From Syntrophaceae bacterium (GTDB lineage: Bacteria; Desulfobacterota; Syntrophia; Syntrophales; Smithellaceae), in contig JAHDKI010000006.1 of the NCBI GenBank assembly GCA_018436925.1, forward strand, positions 68,692 to 132,691: 64,000 nt of DNA. Direction: 5' to 3'. Position numbers and translations under genes: made by a program. The notes beneath the pieces are model-generated. The model made no database searches. It saw only the letters and a program-made list of their open reading frames with translations, and was not told where the DNA came from. Shown here one piece after another: positions 15,938 through 27,642 of the stretch. Numbering within the stretch: position 1 is the stretch's first letter; each line of letters begins with the position of its first letter.

Positions 15938-16666
15938 TTACCGGTAATGCGGATTGAAATTGGAAAGAATCGCCTGTCTTGTTTTGTCGATCAACATCTG
16001 AATATCGTCATGCGCGAAGGCGCGGGTATCGATAGGGTCGCCGATCACCACCTGGATTTTTCCAGGCCTCAAAAACAGGCTTTTTTTAGGAAGCACCCGA
16101 CGGCTGCCGTTGATCGTCACCGGCAAAATGGGAATTTTGCGTTCAATGGCGGGAACGAAAGCGCCTTTTTTAAATTCGTGTATTTGTCCGTCCGGTGATC
16201 TCGTTCCTTCGGCAAACACCATCACGCTGACTCCGGGGGGCAGCCGGTTGAAGCCTCTATTGATGCTCTCTATGGCCTTGTCCCGATGCGTCCGGTCGAT
16301 GAAGATATTCCGCGAAGCGTATAATCCGTATCCGAAAAGCGGAATTTTCAGCACTTCTTTTTTTATGAACCATCGGTATTGAATACCCAGCGTCGTGACT
16401 AACGCAAGGATATCGTATAAGGACTGGTGGTTGGAAATAATGATATATGTAGTGTTTTTCTGAATTTTTTCTTTATTAATAACTTCCGTGCGAACAAAAG
16501 AAATGGCCAGCATGATGTAGGCCCATATCTTTGTAATGGAAAAGGCCAGATTCCCCGTGCGGCTGAGCAGCCCTGTTACGATAACGGGCAAGGCCAGAAC
16601 GAGGGTGGCTGCGGCGGCCCAGAAAAGCAGCCAGACGACGACCCATGCCGACAGAAGCGTTCTCAT
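15938..16666 (-). CDS. plsC: 1-acyl-sn-glycerol-3-phosphate acyltransferase
   Basis: N-terminal TM helix, the NHQSLYD (HX4D) motif, and FAEGTRS and PILPV blocks. Confidence 0.85.
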   Translation of the reverse strand: MRTLLSAWVVVWLLFWAAAATLVLALPVIVTGLLSRTGNLAFSITKIWAYIMLAISFVRTEVINKEKIQKNTTYIIISNHQSLYDILALVTTLGIQYRWFIKKEVLKIPLFGYGLYASRNIFIDRTHRDKAIESINRGFNRLPPGVSVMVFAEGTRSPDGQIHEFKKGAFVPAIERKIPILPVTINGSRRVLPKKSLFLRPGKIQVVIGDPIDTRAFAHDDIQMLIDKTRQAILSNFNPHYR

Positions 16667-16990
16667 ATCAACTTGACCTCAATGGAAAGGATCTAAGGGA
16701 TGTCTCTTTGAATCCCTTCTTTCCTTTTGTCCTTTGAGGATGGATTATCTAAACGATTCAAAATAAATTCAACTTTTTTGTGAGCGGAGCTTATTTTTGC
16801 GCCTGCTTGCAAATAAAGCGGTCAATATCGTATTGTCGAAAAATAAGTATTGATAAAGATCGGAAAAGCAATATGATCGCCGTCAACGAATTGTTCCGGA
16901 CGGATCCATTTTGAACAACCGGGCGACCGGAACGAATAGGGTTTTTGGAAAACGGGTTTTTAAGCCCACAAAACATGAGGAGCTCACGCA

Positions 16991-17704
16991 TTGAACATTT
17001 CAGCGTTCTTCCCCGCCTATAACGAAGAGGCCAATATTGAGAAGCTTGTCCTTTCGCTTAAAAATGTACTGTCTGAACATTGTAAGGCCTACGAGATTAT
17101 CATTGTCAATGACGGATCAAGGGATCGAACACGGGAGATTGCCGAGAGGCTTGCAGCGGAGCACGAATACGTGCGCGTGATTCATCATCGGACGAATCGC
17201 GGTTATGGCGGCGCCGTCATTTCCGGGCTTTGCGCCGCCAAACTGGAATGGGTATTTTTTACGGACGGCGACAATCAGTTCGATGTGTCTGAAATGCCTC
17301 TGCTGATCGCGATGACCGACCGATATGACTTTGTCGCAGGACACAGGCTCAAGCGAAATGACCCGCCCTATAGAAGAGTCAATGCTTTTTTCTGGAATTT
17401 GCTTGTTCAATCGCTTTTCAGGTTCAGCGCAAAGGATGTGGATTGCGCCTTCAAACTGATCAGAAAAGAAATCATCGATCAGATCCGTCCGGAAACAACA
17501 GGCGCCATGATCTCCACGGAGCTTTTTGCCAAAGCGACGAAACTGGGTTATCGCATCGGCGAGGTCGGTGTTCATCATTATCCCAGAAAAGCGGGAACTC
17601 AGACAGGGGCAAAACTGAAAGTCATCCTCAAGGCCTTTGGAGAGCTCTTTCAATTTTACGGGAGAATGAAAAAATGGGGGAATAGTTCCGCCGGCTCCGC
17701 TTAA
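16991..17704 (+). CDS. family-2 glycosyltransferase (polyprenyl-phosphate sugar transferase-like)
   Basis: Shows FFPAYNEE, IIVNDGSRD and FTDGDNQF (DxD). TTG start with GAGGAG 8 nt upstream. Confidence 0.85.
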   Translation: MNISAFFPAYNEEANIEKLVLSLKNVLSEHCKAYEIIIVNDGSRDRTREIAERLAAEHEYVRVIHHRTNRGYGGAVISGLCAAKLEWVFFTDGDNQFDVSEMPLLIAMTDRYDFVAGHRLKRNDPPYRRVNAFFWNLLVQSLFRFSAKDVDCAFKLIRKEIIDQIRPETTGAMISTELFAKATKLGYRIGEVGVHHYPRKAGTQTGAKLKVILKAFGELFQFYGRMKKWGNSSAGSA

Positions 17705-17855
17705 ACAGCCGCCTGCAGTATCCCTTTTATATCCGCGATGGATTTTCCATGTTCATGCCTTTTTAAACCTTCGGCCGTGCCTTGCGCCGAATTTGTCATC
17801 ATCTCTTGTGCGGCGAAGACGCAACCATCAAATCAACAACCCGCCAGTGCGCGAA

Positions 17856-19046
17856 TCAAGCTGTGGCCCATTGATAGCCAAGCACCGCCGACAGAAACAG
17901 CAGCATCAGCAAGGCGGTTGAAAAAAAGAATATCATCTGCCTGAGGGCGGGCCGGTTTTCCGTTACAAGAACGGGAATCAGCATCAGCGGGAAAATCATG
18001 CCGATATAGCGAACAGAGCTCAGAAGCGATGCTTTGGTAAAAAGCAACAGAACATTGGGCAGGGTATAAATCAAGTATTCAACTGGATATATGCCTTTTT
18101 TCCAGAGAAACAGACTCGTTAGCAGAGCTAAAAGGCAAAAAGTCAGAACCAGAAGCGTTACCACGGAAAGGTCCCATCCCCAGAAGCCGACGAATTTCGC
18201 CTCACGGATCTGGCTGAGATAAGAGGTAAACAGACCATCGAATGTGTTTCCCCAGCAGACCTGTATATCCACCGCCGCGAAATAATTGCCGGTAATCAGA
18301 TAAAGGTATAGAAAAAACGAGGCCACTGCCGCCGGCACGATCCCGATGAGGACATACGACGGCTTAAAACCCTCTTTCAGGTATTGCCTGAGCAGGATCA
18401 CAAACAACGGCAGCAAAACAAATATTCCCTGAAAACGGCTCAATGCGCCGACAGCCCCGGCAAGCGATGCAGCTGTCCATCCCCCTTTTCTGGCATAATA
18501 AATTGAGCTTGAGATGCAAAATAAGAATAACGCTTCCGTTCCGCTCCGGAAGAAAAAATAGGCAGACGGAAAAAGATTGATCAAAAGCACGGCGCAAAGG
18601 GACACGGACTCGGAAAAATCCAGCCGGAACAGCAAATATAGATAAATGCTGAATCCCATAGAAAACAGAAAAGACAACATCGCCGCCCAGACAATATGGT
18701 CAAATCCGGCAACCATACCGACTTTGAGCAGCGCAGGCCACACGGGAAAGAACGCCCAGTTTTGCTGTTGTTGCGCGGAAAAAGGCGCTTTTGTATATCC
18801 GTCTTGAGCAATCTGCTGGTACCAGGCGCTGTCGCTTAGATAGACGACATGCTCAAGAGTTCTGTACATAACGGAGAGGCTGAGCAATGACCGGGGCTTT
18901 TGAGCCTCATGACTCACCGCACCTGTCAGAATAAAGGCCATTAAGAAAAGGGATAGCTTGATGAATACGACGCATGCCAATATTTTGATCAACATCCTCT
19001 GATTTTCAGAAAGTTTTCCAAAACCGTTTTGCAGTGTCAAATTCAT
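17856..19046 (-). CDS. polytopic membrane protein, PIG-V/mannosyltransferase-like
   Basis: About 10 TM helices. The early loop SDSAWYQQIAQDGY resembles the PIG-V-type motif (WD..WY..IA..GY). It is convergent with the GT2 gene. Confidence 0.55.
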   Translation of the reverse strand: MNLTLQNGFGKLSENQRMLIKILACVVFIKLSLFLMAFILTGAVSHEAQKPRSLLSLSVMYRTLEHVVYLSDSAWYQQIAQDGYTKAPFSAQQQQNWAFFPVWPALLKVGMVAGFDHIVWAAMLSFLFSMGFSIYLYLLFRLDFSESVSLCAVLLINLFPSAYFFFRSGTEALFLFCISSSIYYARKGGWTAASLAGAVGALSRFQGIFVLLPLFVILLRQYLKEGFKPSYVLIGIVPAAVASFFLYLYLITGNYFAAVDIQVCWGNTFDGLFTSYLSQIREAKFVGFWGWDLSVVTLLVLTFCLLALLTSLFLWKKGIYPVEYLIYTLPNVLLLFTKASLLSSVRYIGMIFPLMLIPVLVTENRPALRQMIFFFSTALLMLLFLSAVLGYQWATA

Positions 19047-19444
19047 ATTTTCCGATCCTATGAGACAATCTGTTTTCGCACCTTACTCGAAAAGGCTCTT
19101 TATTGCCAAACATTTGCGACTCTGGTCCATACCGGCCATAAAAAGTCTTGCTGACGAGATTCTTTGCCGTGAAAAGCAATCCGTCCTTTCTCGGCGTCGG
19201 ATGTCCAAAATCGCCTAGACGGATTGAGGCAGGTTGTCCATGAGGAATTCCCGCCCTGACCCAACCGCAAAAACAGATTATGATTTGGCCGTTTTTCCGC
19301 CGTCCAACGGACCTTTGTGTTGATTCTGCTTTGTTATTGAGTCTAAAAGGCTGAATTTGACGTCCCTGCACCCGCCTTCCTGTTGTCCGGACACTTTTAA
19401 AAACCGCTTGACAAGACATGCAGATGTGGGTTAGGTTCTTGCAA

Positions 19445-19461
19445 CCTGGAATGATTCCGAT
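19445..19461. promoter_or_regulatory. candidate Fur/PerR-family operator (autoregulatory)
   Basis: CCTGGAATGATTCCGAT shares the core CTGGAA-NN-ATTCC with the palindrome upstream of katG. It sits just downstream of a TTGACA-N17-TTAGGT element (19408-19436). Confidence 0.35.
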
Positions 19462-19896
19462 ATGAAAAAAAACGACAAAGACAATCTGATTGACCAGCTC
19501 AAGGAAAAAGGCCTGAAAATCACGCCGCAGCGCCTGGCGATTGTCGACGCGTTGGTGGATAACTGTAAACGACACCCCGGCGCGACATTGATTTACAACG
19601 AAGCGCGAAAAAAAGCAAAACGCGTCAGTCTCTCAACAGTCTATGCAACGCTTAAAGAATTTTCCGAAAACGGCCTGATTCGGCAGTTGGAGTTCGATCG
19701 CATGGAAAACCGCTACGACCTTGATCTGTCCGATCATGTGAACCTCATCTGCAATCGGTGCGGGAAGATTGAGGATTACTCCATTCCCGAACCTCTTGAA
19801 CCGAGAGATATCGCTCGAAAAGCGGGATTTATCGTCACGGACACCCGAATGGAATTACACGGGTATTGCCGGGACTGCCTGAAGCGACCCGACTGA
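19462..19896 (+). CDS. Fur-family metalloregulator, probably peroxide-responsive (PerR-like)
   Basis: Winged-helix region (LSTVYATLKEF...GLI) with CNRCG and CRDC zinc motifs. It lies directly upstream of katG. No SD is visible. Confidence 0.8.
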   Translation: MKKNDKDNLIDQLKEKGLKITPQRLAIVDALVDNCKRHPGATLIYNEARKKAKRVSLSTVYATLKEFSENGLIRQLEFDRMENRYDLDLSDHVNLICNRCGKIEDYSIPEPLEPRDIARKAGFIVTDTRMELHGYCRDCLKRPD

Positions 19897-19977
19897 TCTT
19901 CACATTCTGCATCCTTATGGGCAACACAACAAACGCTCTAAAAAAGGATTTCAGTTTTTGATTGCAATCTGGAACCA

Positions 19978-19994
19978 TTCCAGAATATTGAAAC
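19978..19994. promoter_or_regulatory. candidate Fur/PerR-family operator in katG promoter
   Basis: Perfect inverted repeat TCTGGAA-CCA-TTCCAGA. It overlaps a TTGATT-N17-CAGAAT promoter-like element about 57 nt upstream of the katG ATG. Confidence 0.4.
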
Positions 19995-20020
19995 GCGGAA
20001 AAGACCATAACTCCTTATAA

Positions 20021-22246
<2,226 letters not shown>

Positions 22247-22258
22247 AATGATCCTTTC

Positions 22259-22295
22259 CGGGGTCAGCGGCTGGGCAAGCCTGCCGCTGACCCCG
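22259..22295 (+). terminator. stem-loop downstream of katG
   Basis: CGGGGTCAGCGGC-N11-GCCGCTGACCCCG, a perfect 13-bp stem. There is no U-tract, so terminator function is uncertain. Confidence 0.45.
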
Positions 22296-22542
22296 AAGAT
22301 GCAATAGAATAAACTTCTGATCGTTGTCATTCCGGCAGAATCCGGAATTCAGACACCGTTTAAATTTGCACCCCGGCGCGTTGCCCTCTCGCAGCCTTCA
22401 GGTTATCAGGATATTCGCCGGGAAGACGACTTCAAGTTGCCGAGCACATGTAAGAAAAAAGGGTTATAAGACAATTCGTTCTTGCAGCATAAGATTTAAC
22501 GATCCTGAAGCAATAAAAAAATAAAAAAGGAGGAGATCAATA

Positions 22543-23040
22543 ATGTCGAAAACAGAAGACGCATTACAAGAAGCTTTTGCCGGAGAATCTCAGGCGAACC
22601 GCAAGTATCTGGCCTTCGCGGCCAAGGCTGATTCGGAAGGATTTGCCCAGGCCGCCAAACTATTTCGGGCCGCCGCGGAAGCGGAAACCGTTCATGCCCA
22701 TGCCCATTTAAAGGCCATGAAAGGCATCCGTTCCACGAAGGAAAACCTTGCGGAAGCCATCGCCGGAGAAACGCATGAATTCAAAAGCATGTACCCGGCC
22801 ATGATCGAAGCGGCCAAAGCCGAAGGTCACAAAGAAGCTGAACGGTCCTTTATTTTTGCCAATGAGGTTGAAAAGATTCATGCCGGCCTCTATCAGCAGA
22901 TGCTGGACAATCTTGAAAGCGCAAAAGATACTTATAGTTACTATGTCTGTCCGGTCTGCGGATACACCGTGGAAAAAGAAGCGCCCGAAACCTGCCCGAT
23001 CTGCGGCGCCAAGGGAAAGATGTTTAAAAAAGTCGATTAA
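22543..23040 (+). CDS. rbr: rubrerythrin
   Basis: Ferritin-like di-iron domain ([15 protein letters not shown] motifs) plus a C-terminal rubredoxin-like CPVCG...CPICG. Confidence 0.9.
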   Translation: MSKTEDALQEAFAGESQANRKYLAFAAKADSEGFAQAAKLFRAAAEAETVHAHAHLKAMKGIRSTKENLAEAIAGETHEFKSMYPAMIEAAKAEGHKEAERSFIFANEVEKIHAGLYQQMLDNLESAKDTYSYYVCPVCGYTVEKEAPETCPICGAKGKMFKKVD

Positions 23041-23065
23041 ACAAATTCATACCAGGAGGTTCGTC

Positions 23066-23440
23066 ATGGCCCAAAGAAATGATATTTTTAAATGTGATGT
23101 GTGCGGACATATCATAGCCGTGCTGCACGACGGAAAAGGCGAGTTGGTCTGCTGCAACGAGCCGATGAAAAAGCTGACGGAAAACACGGTGGATGCAGCC
23201 AAGGAAAAGCACGTTCCGGTCATTGAGAAAGTTCCGGGCGGCATCAAGGTGAAAGTCGGAAGCGTCGCCCATCCGATGGAAGAAAAGCACTACATCGAAT
23301 GGATCGAAGTAATCGCGGACGGCAAGTCGTGCCGCCAGTTTCTGTCGCCGGGTCAGGCCCCTGAAGCCTTTTTCCCCGTTGAAGCTGCAACAATTATCGC
23401 CCGGGAATACTGTAATCTGCACGGCCTGTGGAAAGCCTAA
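23066..23440 (+). CDS. dfx: desulfoferrodoxin (2Fe superoxide reductase)
   Basis: N-terminal desulforedoxin motif FKCDVCGHI...CC, then KHVPVIE and [13 protein letters not shown] in the SOR domain. GGAGG RBS. Confidence 0.9.
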   Translation: MAQRNDIFKCDVCGHIIAVLHDGKGELVCCNEPMKKLTENTVDAAKEKHVPVIEKVPGGIKVKVGSVAHPMEEKHYIEWIEVIADGKSCRQFLSPGQAPEAFFPVEAATIIAREYCNLHGLWKA

Positions 23441-23463
23441 GTACACCGGAGAAAGGACTGTTC

Positions 23464-23982
23464 ATGGTCAAGTTATATCGATGCGAAATATGCGGGGACG
23501 CGTATATCGGCGCCGCCCCCCCGGCGAACTGTCCCTTTTGCGGGGCGCATATCGAGCACATCAAAGAAGCGAAAGAAGCACAGGTCAACTTCGACGTTGA
23601 TCTGAGCGCGAAGGATCGGTCTAACGCCGAACACGCGCTGGGGGTGGAAATCAGCAATTCCTCCTTCTATATGTGCGCCGCAGGACAAACCGATGATCCC
23701 GAAGGGAAGATTCTGTTCAAAGCGCTGGGCAAGATCGAGGCGGAACATGCCTCCATCTGGAGGAAAATTCTCAAGCTCGAAAGCGTGCCTCCGGGAAAAG
23801 AGGCTTGCCATGTTCCGAATGTGGAGAATTTGAAAGAATCTCACGCCAGAGAAACAAGGGCCATCGAGTTCTACCGCAAGGCGGCCGCCGAATCGGATCA
23901 TCCCAGGCTTCAACGGATCTTTGATGCGCTGGTGGACATCGAAACGGATCACCTGCGCCTTTCAGAAGAAAGACTTAAATAG
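23464..23982 (+). CDS. reverse rubrerythrin (N-terminal rubredoxin-like, C-terminal ferritin-like domain)
   Basis: MVKLYRCEICG...CPFCG, followed by di-iron helices (EAEHASIW, ETDHLR). Confidence 0.8.
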   Translation: MVKLYRCEICGDAYIGAAPPANCPFCGAHIEHIKEAKEAQVNFDVDLSAKDRSNAEHALGVEISNSSFYMCAAGQTDDPEGKILFKALGKIEAEHASIWRKILKLESVPPGKEACHVPNVENLKESHARETRAIEFYRKAAAESDHPRLQRIFDALVDIETDHLRLSEERLK

Positions 23983-23989
23983 ATTAACC

Positions 23990-24026
23990 CTGTGGAACCG
24001 GGGGTGCGTCGCCCCCGATTCCACAG
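23990..24026 (+). terminator. long hairpin after the rbr-dfx operon
   Basis: CTGTGGAACCGGGGG-loop-CCCCCGATTCCACAG, about 14 bp with one mismatch. There is no strong U-tract. Confidence 0.45.
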
Positions 24027-24484
24027 CCAAAGTCTTTTCATGTCAATGAATCAGGAACCCGGCCCAGGAAGGCGTTTTGGTCTCTCCAGCCGGAAAAAGC
24101 CAAACCCAAACACTAAGATTTCCCACACCGAACTGGTTTACAACCATGCGCGATTTTCAGGGTATAAAATGACTATGTCTTATCCAGACACTCTACATGT
24201 TTCTGAATTCCTGTCTAACCGACATTCTTATGCGGCCATAGGGGCCGGAAAGCGTCAAAATCTCCTCCTGCGGTCCTGTAAAATTCTTTCTTAACCATAA
24301 AGAAAAGGCCTCAAACAACCGATAAGACACACACCAGGCCTTTATTGATGATAGGTTTCTCGCGTACTCATCCTGAACGTATTACGCTATCTCTTTGTTT
24401 TTATTTACTATTCACTATTAAAGGGAAAAGACTTCCGCGTTATTTAAAAAAACATGACCGATAAAAATAAAAGGAGAGGCGAAG

Positions 24485-26119
24485 ATGAACTGGATTAAAC
24501 GGCTTACCGTGGGCACAAGGCTAACAGTCGGTTTTTCGGTGATGATTGTATTCCTCATCATCGTCGGATTATCTGGCTTTTTAAGCGTAAAAAAAATCAA
24601 CGGGAACGTGGATGATATTTTCACGCTGAGGCTTCCCAGCATGGATTATCTGATCGAGGCGGATCGGGATCTTCAGCAGTTGCTGGTTTCCGAACGGTCT
24701 ATGATCTTCGCCGCTCCGGGTGCGGAGGTGTTTAAAAGCCTGTTGAAGGACTATGAGGAAAATCTGAAGCAGTCCGATGAACGATGGAATAAATATAAGG
24801 CCCTTGCGGCCACCTCCAGGGAAAAAGAAATTATTCCCAAGTACGAACAGGCCCGGCGGGAATGGGAAGGAATCTCCAGAAAAGTCGTGGATGGCCGACT
24901 TGCCAACACCGAAGAGGGCACAAGAGAATCACTGGACATCACTTTGGGCGTCGCCAAAACCAAGTTCGAAGCCATGAGGGAATACCTCAATGAACTCACT
25001 GAAATCAATCTGGCGGAAGCAACAAAAGCTCACGATGAAGCCATGCGTACATACAGCAATACCCGGACGATCCTGCTGATCATTATCTTCATCGGTATCC
25101 TGGCCGGCATCTTTCTGATTTGGATTATCAGCGGAAGCGTGACCAAACCCCTGCGCGAAGTAATCGACAGTATGTCGGATGCGGCGGATCAGGTGGCATC
25201 GGCATCGTCGCAGGTGGCCTCCGCCAGCCAAAGCCTGGCCGAGGGCGCCTCCGAACAGGCCTCCGCTCTGGAAGAAACATCCTCTTCACTGGAAGAGATG
25301 GCCTCCATGACCAGGCAAAACGCCGACAACGCCGCCCAGGCCAAAACGCTGACAGGCGAAGCAAAACACATTGTGGAAAAAGTCGGAGACCAGATGAATC
25401 GCATGGTGACAGCCATTCAGGAAGTGAGCAAATCCAGCGAAGAGACGGGGAAAATCATTAAAACTATTGATGAAATTGCTTTTCAGACCAACCTTCTGGC
25501 GCTGAATGCGGCCGTGGAAGCCGCTCGAGCCGGTGAGGCCGGCGCGGGGTTTGCCGTCGTGGCGGATGAAGTGCGGAATCTGGCTATGCGGTCGGCGGAA
25601 GCGGCTAAAAATACGTCCAGTCTGATTGAAAACACAATTGTGACGGTTAAAAACAGCCGCGATCTGACGCAGCAAACACAAGACGCCTTCAAGGAGAATG
25701 TGGAAATTTCCAACAAGATCGGACAACTGATTGACGAGATCGCCGCAGCATCCTCTGAACAGGCTCAGGGAATCGGCCAGATCGGCAAGGCTGTCGCGGA
25801 AATGGATAAAGTGGTCCAGAATACAGCCGCCAGCGCCGAGGAATCCGCCAGCGCGTCTGAAGAGATGAATGCCCAGTCTCTGCAGATGAAGAGCAATGTT
25901 CAGCATCTGGTAACGATTATGGAAGGAGATCAAAAGGCCGGCGCTGGTTCTCAATCGCGGGAGCCAATAAGCGCTGAACAAATACGGCGCGTGCCGAAGG
26001 CCGGAAAAATGACGGTCAAAAAAATGATTGCCGCGCCGACCGTTTCCGCAAGCAAAAAAAGCGCAGCGCTCCCGGAAAACAGAACTCGTTCGGATAAAGA
26101 AAGTTTTAAGGACTTCTGA
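24485..26119 (+). CDS. methyl-accepting chemotaxis protein
   Basis: TM helix, four-helix-bundle sensor, second TM helix, HAMP domain, then the highly conserved signalling hairpin ([24 protein letters not shown]). Confidence 0.9.
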   Translation: MNWIKRLTVGTRLTVGFSVMIVFLIIVGLSGFLSVKKINGNVDDIFTLRLPSMDYLIEADRDLQQLLVSERSMIFAAPGAEVFKSLLKDYEENLKQSDERWNKYKALAATSREKEIIPKYEQARREWEGISRKVVDGRLANTEEGTRESLDITLGVAKTKFEAMREYLNELTEINLAEATKAHDEAMRTYSNTRTILLIIIFIGILAGIFLIWIISGSVTKPLREVIDSMSDAADQVASASSQVASASQSLAEGASEQASALEETSSSLEEMASMTRQNADNAAQAKTLTGEAKHIVEKVGDQMNRMVTAIQEVSKSSEETGKIIKTIDEIAFQTNLLALNAAVEAARAGEAGAGFAVVADEVRNLAMRSAEAAKNTSSLIENTIVTVKNSRDLTQQTQDAFKENVEISNKIGQLIDEIAAASSEQAQGIGQIGKAVAEMDKVVQNTAASAEESASASEEMNAQSLQMKSNVQHLVTIMEGDQKAGAGSQSREPISAEQIRRVPKAGKMTVKKMIAAPTVSASKKSAALPENRTRSDKESFKDF

Positions 26120-26425
26120 AATCATGATCCGTCGAAAAAGGCCCTCGCCTCCTCTTTCTGCAATTCAGGAGATGCCGAGGGCCACACTTTCGGCAGTGGG
26201 TTCTGTGTTTAACTATTCATCATTGCGTCATCTATGGCGCTGAAATATTTTTATCAGCCTTCGGCGTATCGAAGAATCGGCCCCATGCTGAACACACGCT
26301 TGGGGTGGAGATCAGAAATAAAACCGGAGTGACGGACGCCCTTATTCATACAGGCACAAACGGCCCCACTCCGACGTATTAAGGACAAGTCAAATATAGC
26401 GATGAATCCACAGCTGAGGTTGATG

Positions 26426-27640
26426 TCACTGATCAGCGATCTTCCGGACGTGAACGCGTCCTCCGTCGTGAACCTTGTCGTCGGGCCGAGTGATCACCCG
26501 GTCGCCTTCCGCAAGGCCTTTGAGAATTTGTGCACGCAGGCCGTTTTGATGGCCGACTTCGACAATCCGCCGCCTGGCCCTTCCGCCATCCACTTTGAAA
26601 AGCGCCCATTTTTCTCCTTCGCGAAAGAGTGCGCTTGCGGGAACATGAAGAACATTTTGTCCTTCCCAGACGACAAAACGCGCTTCAATTCGGTAGCCGT
26701 CGCCCAGATTGGGCCGGTCATTGGGCTTCGAAGCGATATCGATGGTTACCAGCACGCGCTGTTCTTCAACGCCCAGGCTGGATATTTTTGTAAAACCTGA
26801 AGGTTCCACGGTTCTCACCCTTCCGGTCAGAATGTGGTCGCCGCCCCAATGTTCAAAAGTGACTTTTGTCCCTTTGCCGATTTTTACTGCATCTGCGGAA
26901 AGCAATTCCACACGCACTTCAATGTCCGTCGCGTCGCCAATTTCAATAATCGGTTCGCCCATATTGACGGCGCCCTCACTTTCCCTGTAGAGCTTCAATA
27001 CTTGTCCTGATTTTGGAGAACGGACCACGACCGGTTCGCACTTTCCCGCGCTGGAACGGACTCCGGAATAACGAAGAACGCTTTGTGCGCGTTCCAGGTC
27101 GGCCCGGGCGACGTGAGTTGCGGCTTGGGCCGCAAGATAAGACGCTTGAGCGCTTTTAGCCTGCGCTTCCTTCTGATCATACAGTTCTCTGGACACGGCG
27201 TTTTGGAGCATCAAGTGCTTGTATCTGGTCAGTTGTTTCAAGGCAAGTTCGGCGCCGGCTTTTGCCGACTCTTCTCCTTCTTCAGCCGCCCTGACCGAGG
27301 CTTTGGCTGCCGAAACGGCGGAAGCGGCCTCAGCGCGGCTCCGCGGATCAAGAACCTGCGAGGGGAGCGGATCGAGCAGAAAAACAGGGTCGCCTTTCGT
27401 CACCGTATCGCCCGCCTGCAACTCCACGCGGCGCATGAAACCGGCAACGGGAGAGGAGACGATGAATCTCTCTTTCACGCGGGTTTTGCCTTCTTCTTCA
27501 ATGGTGACCGTAAAGGGACCGCGTTCGGCGACGGCGGTTTCAACCGACGCGGCTTTTGGCCAGAAACCATAAAGAAGAGATGCCAGCACGATGACAGCCA
27601 TAGAAGCAATGATGATCCCTCTGCGAATTTGTACGTTCAT
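26426..27640 (-). CDS. HlyD/MacA-type periplasmic adaptor (membrane fusion protein)
   Basis: Starts MNVQIRRGIIIASMAVIV (TM anchor) 2 nt after the upstream stop. Contains coiled-coil and beta-barrel segments. The track ORF extension to 27823 overlaps the permease gene. Confidence 0.8.
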   Translation of the reverse strand: MNVQIRRGIIIASMAVIVLASLLYGFWPKAASVETAVAERGPFTVTIEEEGKTRVKERFIVSSPVAGFMRRVELQAGDTVTKGDPVFLLDPLPSQVLDPRSRAEAASAVSAAKASVRAAEEGEESAKAGAELALKQLTRYKHLMLQNAVSRELYDQKEAQAKSAQASYLAAQAATHVARADLERAQSVLRYSGVRSSAGKCEPVVVRSPKSGQVLKLYRESEGAVNMGEPIIEIGDATDIEVRVELLSADAVKIGKGTKVTFEHWGGDHILTGRVRTVEPSGFTKISSLGVEEQRVLVTIDIASKPNDRPNLGDGYRIEARFVVWEGQNVLHVPASALFREGEKWALFKVDGGRARRRIVEVGHQNGLRAQILKGLAEGDRVITRPDDKVHDGGRVHVRKIADQ

Positions 27641-27642
27641 GT

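Noticed and set aside
22325-22355. ATTCCGG-N6-CCGGAAT inverted repeat upstream of rubrerythrin, considered as a third PerR-box.
   Set aside because: The half-site orientation and spacing (TTCC...GGAA) are opposite to the two CTGGAA-NN-ATTCC sites, so it is not the same motif. It lies about 190 nt from the rbr start.
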